Shown here: positions 61,523-64,000 of the stretch, piece by piece | Numbering within the stretch: the stretch's first letter is position 1 | Layout of the letters: each line of letters begins with the position of its first letter | Notes under the pieces: model-generated | Databases searched by the model: none | What the model saw: only the letters and a program-made list of their open reading frames with translations | What the model was told of the DNA's origin: nothing | NCBI GenBank assembly: GCA_022820545.1 | Contig: JAJEFG010000107.1 | Span: 29,579-93,578, forward strand | DNA length: 64,000 nt | Origin: Acidobacteriota bacterium | GTDB lineage: Bacteria > Acidobacteriota > Vicinamibacteria > Marinacidobacterales > Marinacidobacteraceae | Direction of reading: 5' to 3' | Made by a program: the position numbers and the translations under genes

Positions 61523-62260
61523 TCAGAAGCGGACGCGAAGACCGAGGAGTGCGCCCGCGCGCGCCACGCCGAGGTCGCCGAAGTCGGTGAACTCGTCCCG
61601 GTGCCGGCCCTCGCCACGGGCGTAGCGGAACTCGCCGAAAGCATCGAGCCGCCGCCCGAAGGGCATCCGGACCACCGCGAAATCGACCCCCGCCCCGGCG
61701 TAGAGCCCGGTCAGGGACACGCGTTCCTCGAGTTCGTCGTAGTAGATGTCGAAGTTCTCGAAGTTCACGAATTCGCCCTTTTCCGAGTAGTCCCAGGATG
61801 TCCGGGCCACTCCGAACACGACGTAGGGACTTGCTCGTCCCAGCCGGAAGGGGCGGACCCGGACGCCGATCGTGTAGTCCGTCAGCCTCAGCCGGGCCGA
61901 GTGTTCGATCTCGGACCCATCTTCGTAGACCAGGTCCAGGTAGTTCCCGTCGACCTCCGCCTGGCCGGTGTCGAACCCGACGACGATCTCCAGCATGGGC
62001 AGCAGCGCGTAGTCCAGTTCGAACCCCAGGCGACCGCCCCGGAAATCGTCCTCCGTGAGGCCGAACTCCGCCTCGTTGGCGTCAAAGAGCCGGCTGTCCA
62101 CCTGGAGCGCGCGAAACCCGCCGAACGCCGAGAAACCGTAGCGGGGCCGCGCGCCGGCGGGTCGCGAACGGTCGGGGTCCCGGCCGGCGCGTGGGGGCTG
62201 CGCCTCCTCGTCGGCCACGGCTCCCGTCGCGAGACACGCGGCCGCGATCAGGCAGGTCAT
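61523..62260 (-). CDS. Outer-membrane beta-barrel protein, paralog 1
   Basis: ORF 61523..62359(-) trimmed to MTCLIAAACLATGAVA (signal peptide). The C-terminus GLRVRF is an aromatic OMP terminus. Confidence 0.6.
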   Translation of the reverse strand: MTCLIAAACLATGAVADEEAQPPRAGRDPDRSRPAGARPRYGFSAFGGFRALQVDSRLFDANEAEFGLTEDDFRGGRLGFELDYALLPMLEIVVGFDTGQAEVDGNYLDLVYEDGSEIEHSARLRLTDYTIGVRVRPFRLGRASPYVVFGVARTSWDYSEKGEFVNFENFDIYYDELEERVSLTGLYAGAGVDFAVVRMPFGRRLDAFGEFRYARGEGRHRDEFTDFGDLGVARAGALLGLRVRF

Positions 62261-62352
62261 GATTCGGCGGAAGCGGATCACGGTGATGGTCCTTTCGGAG
62301 GCGCCGATGTTGCCGGCGCCGGCAATGTCCGGTGCTTCCGGGTCAGGGACCG

Positions 62353-63111
62353 CTACCACCGGATCCGCAAGCCGAAGAGGCCGCCCGACCGGTTGAGCTG
62401 GAGGTCGCCGAAGCCGTCGAACCCCTCCGTGTGCTCGCCCTGGGACCGGACGTAGCGGAACTCGCCGAAGAGATCGAGGCTGCCGCGATCACGGAACCGC
62501 ACGACGGCGACGTCGGCGCCCGCGCCGGCGAAGAAACCGGGGAGGAACGACGTCTCCTCGAACACGTCGTAGTAGATGTCCGCGGTCTCGAAGTCCACGA
62601 AGTCGCCAACTTCGGTGTACCGGTAGTAAGCGCCGGTAACGCCGCCGATCAGGTAGGGGCGCACCCGCGCCGCGCTGCCGAGCAGCCGCAGCCGTACGCC
62701 GAGGCTCAGGTCGGTCACGGCCAACTGCGCCGAGTGTTCGATCTCTCCGCCGTCTTCGTACACGAGGTCGAGGTAGGACCCGTAGGTCTCGGCGTCGCCG
62801 TTGTCGATACCGATCGAGATGTCCACCCGGGGCAGGACGGCGAAGTCGAACTCGAAGCCGAAGCTGCCGGTCCGGAAATCGTCGTCGGTGATCCCGAAGT
62901 CGAACTCGTTGGCGACGAAGAGATCGCTCGTCACGTTCAGCACCCGGAATCCGCCATAGGTCGAGAAGGCAAAGCGCGTGTCGCGCACGCTCCGTTGGGA
63001 GGCGTCCGGATAGGGCCCCCGGCGGGGGGGCTGCGCGGACTCCGCCGCCGTGGCGGCGGCGAAGCTGACCGTTGCCAGCAGGGTCATCAGGATGTGCCGC
63101 GTGCGGGTCAT
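62353..63111 (-). CDS. Outer-membrane beta-barrel protein, paralog 2
   Basis: This is the C-terminal 252 aa of ORF 62353..63975(-), starting MTRTRHILMTLLATVSFAAATA. It shares YLDLVYEDG.EIEHSA.L..TD...GVR.R and a C-terminal GLR(V/I)R(F/W) with paralog 1. Confidence 0.6.
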   Translation of the reverse strand: MTRTRHILMTLLATVSFAAATAAESAQPPRRGPYPDASQRSVRDTRFAFSTYGGFRVLNVTSDLFVANEFDFGITDDDFRTGSFGFEFDFAVLPRVDISIGIDNGDAETYGSYLDLVYEDGGEIEHSAQLAVTDLSLGVRLRLLGSAARVRPYLIGGVTGAYYRYTEVGDFVDFETADIYYDVFEETSFLPGFFAGAGADVAVVRFRDRGSLDLFGEFRYVRSQGEHTEGFDGFGDLQLNRSGGLFGLRIRW

Positions 63112-63307
63112 GGCGAACTCCTTTCCAGGTGGTTGGTCGCGCTCGGCCACATTTCCGCAATGCCTGTGCCACAACCGGCAGGGGCCGCCCGTGGTCCGCG
63201 GCCGGGCCGCCGATCGGCCGGCGGCGGAACCCGATCGGTCCACCCGCGTTAAATTCGTTTCCCAGTGCCCCGGTGACACCAGGACCTGACCAAGGAGGCC
63301 ACCGTTC

Positions 63308-64000
63308 ATGTTTCGATTCCTGCCGGCCGCTCTCGCCCTCGCCGGGTTGGTTGCGGCTCCCGGATGTCTGACCGAGAGCGCCGAGTTTCGACGCCTCGCG
63401 GCCGCCGTGACGGACGCGCGGGGCCAGGAGGCTTCGGACCAGCGGCCCGGCCATGAGCGGCTCGCGGACATCCCCGCGCCGCAGGAGACTCCCGACCGCA
63501 ACCGGACCGAGGCGGCGTGGACCCTCTCCGACGCCTTCGCCGAAGTGGGGCGGGTCGCGACTCCGGGAGTGGTGAGTCTGCTCGTGGAGCGTGAAAGCAC
63601 CCGGGGAGGCGACGATCCGAGACTCGAACAGTTCTTCGGATTCCCCCCGGTTCCATCGCCTCCGGGAACGCAGATCGGCCGCGGGTCCGGCGCCATCGTG
63701 GACCCGAGCGGGCTCGTCGTCACCAACAACCACGTCGTGGACGGGGCCACCCGCATCGAGGTGGAGTTCTCCGACGGCCGAACGCTCGAGGCCGCGATCG
63801 TCGGGCAGGATCCGCCGACGGACCTGGCCGTGATCCGTCTCGAAACCGACGGGGAGGTGTTCCCGCACCTGGCGCTGGGAAACTCGGATGAAGTCCGCGT
63901 CGGGGACTGGGTCCTCGCGATCGGGAATCCGCTCGGCAACAGCCACTCGGTCACCGCCGGAATCGTGAGCGCCAAGGGCAGGGTGCTCCAGGGCGACTAC
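63308..64000 (+). CDS. Do/HtrA-family serine protease (DegP-like), 3' partial
   Basis: AAGGAGG lies 9 nt upstream. MFRFLPAALALAGLVAAPG is a signal peptide. The trypsin-like motifs GSGAIVDPSGLVVTNNHV (His) and TDLAVIRL (Asp) are present. The gene runs off the window end. Confidence 0.75.
   Translation, partial: MFRFLPAALALAGLVAAPGCLTESAEFRRLAAAVTDARGQEASDQRPGHERLADIPAPQETPDRNRTEAAWTLSDAFAEVGRVATPGVVSLLVERESTRGGDDPRLEQFFGFPPVPSPPGTQIGRGSGAIVDPSGLVVTNNHVVDGATRIEVEFSDGRTLEAAIVGQDPPTDLAVIRLETDGEVFPHLALGNSDEVRVGDWVLAIGNPLGNSHSVTAGIVSAKGRVLQGDY

Overview
This is a ~70% GC bacterial chromosomal segment that looks gene-dense and largely housekeeping or metabolic; a Gemmatimonadota/Acidobacteria-like origin is only a guess. 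I call 56 protein-coding genes and found no rRNA, tRNA or CRISPR array. Most long ORFs in the six-frame track are antisense shadows of real genes, which is typical of high-GC DNA, so I chose frames by protein-family signatures, signal peptides, RBS placement and ATGA/GTGA/TTGA translational coupling.

Recognisable content:
- A cell-shape cluster: mreB-mreC-mreD-mrdA-rodA, followed by rng, an RsbW-like anti-sigma kinase and suhB.
- A Moco operon: moeA-moaC plus a LarE-like PP-loop ATPase and an MBL hydrolase with a zinc-ribbon extension.
- Central metabolism and electron-transfer genes: etfBA, fumC, and an IorAB-type molybdo-oxidoreductase with a Tat signal.
- A TPAT-type TRAP transporter (TatT-like lipoprotein, DctP, fused DctQM) immediately followed by an orphan HlyD-family adaptor.
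- A GH63-like hydrolase translationally coupled to a secreted ~1290-aa GH2 beta-galactosidase that has a poly-Glu insert and a C-terminal discoidin domain.
- A lipoprotein made of two tandem erythromycin-esterase-family domains.
- rmuC, nnr-tsaE-sulfatase, a YgfZ-like protein, a class-V aminotransferase, two tandem DUF819 paralogs, two tandem OM beta-barrel paralogs, and an htrA/degP start at the 3' edge.

Second-look items:
- (a) Two families of GC-rich REP-like palindromic elements sit in intergenic spacers: four copies of family A plus one degenerate relative, and three copies of family B plus one degenerate relative. They include a 156-bp MITE-like inverted pair.
- (b) A low-GC (~55%) island carries a solitary PD-(D/E)xK-like nuclease gene with a strong SD and a TTG start, next to an RHH-Doc toxin-antitoxin pair.
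- (c) There are several TA or RHH modules (VapBC, RHH-Doc, an orphan RHH, an orphan HicB-like), each with an AT-rich or palindromic putative operator.
- (d) Some operon contexts are unusual: the HlyD adaptor after the TRAP permease, the LarE-like gene in the Moco operon, and the STAS and RsbW-like genes about 10 kb apart.

Coordinates are inferred by eye from the ORF track and may be off by a few nucleotides. I could not run any homology searches.
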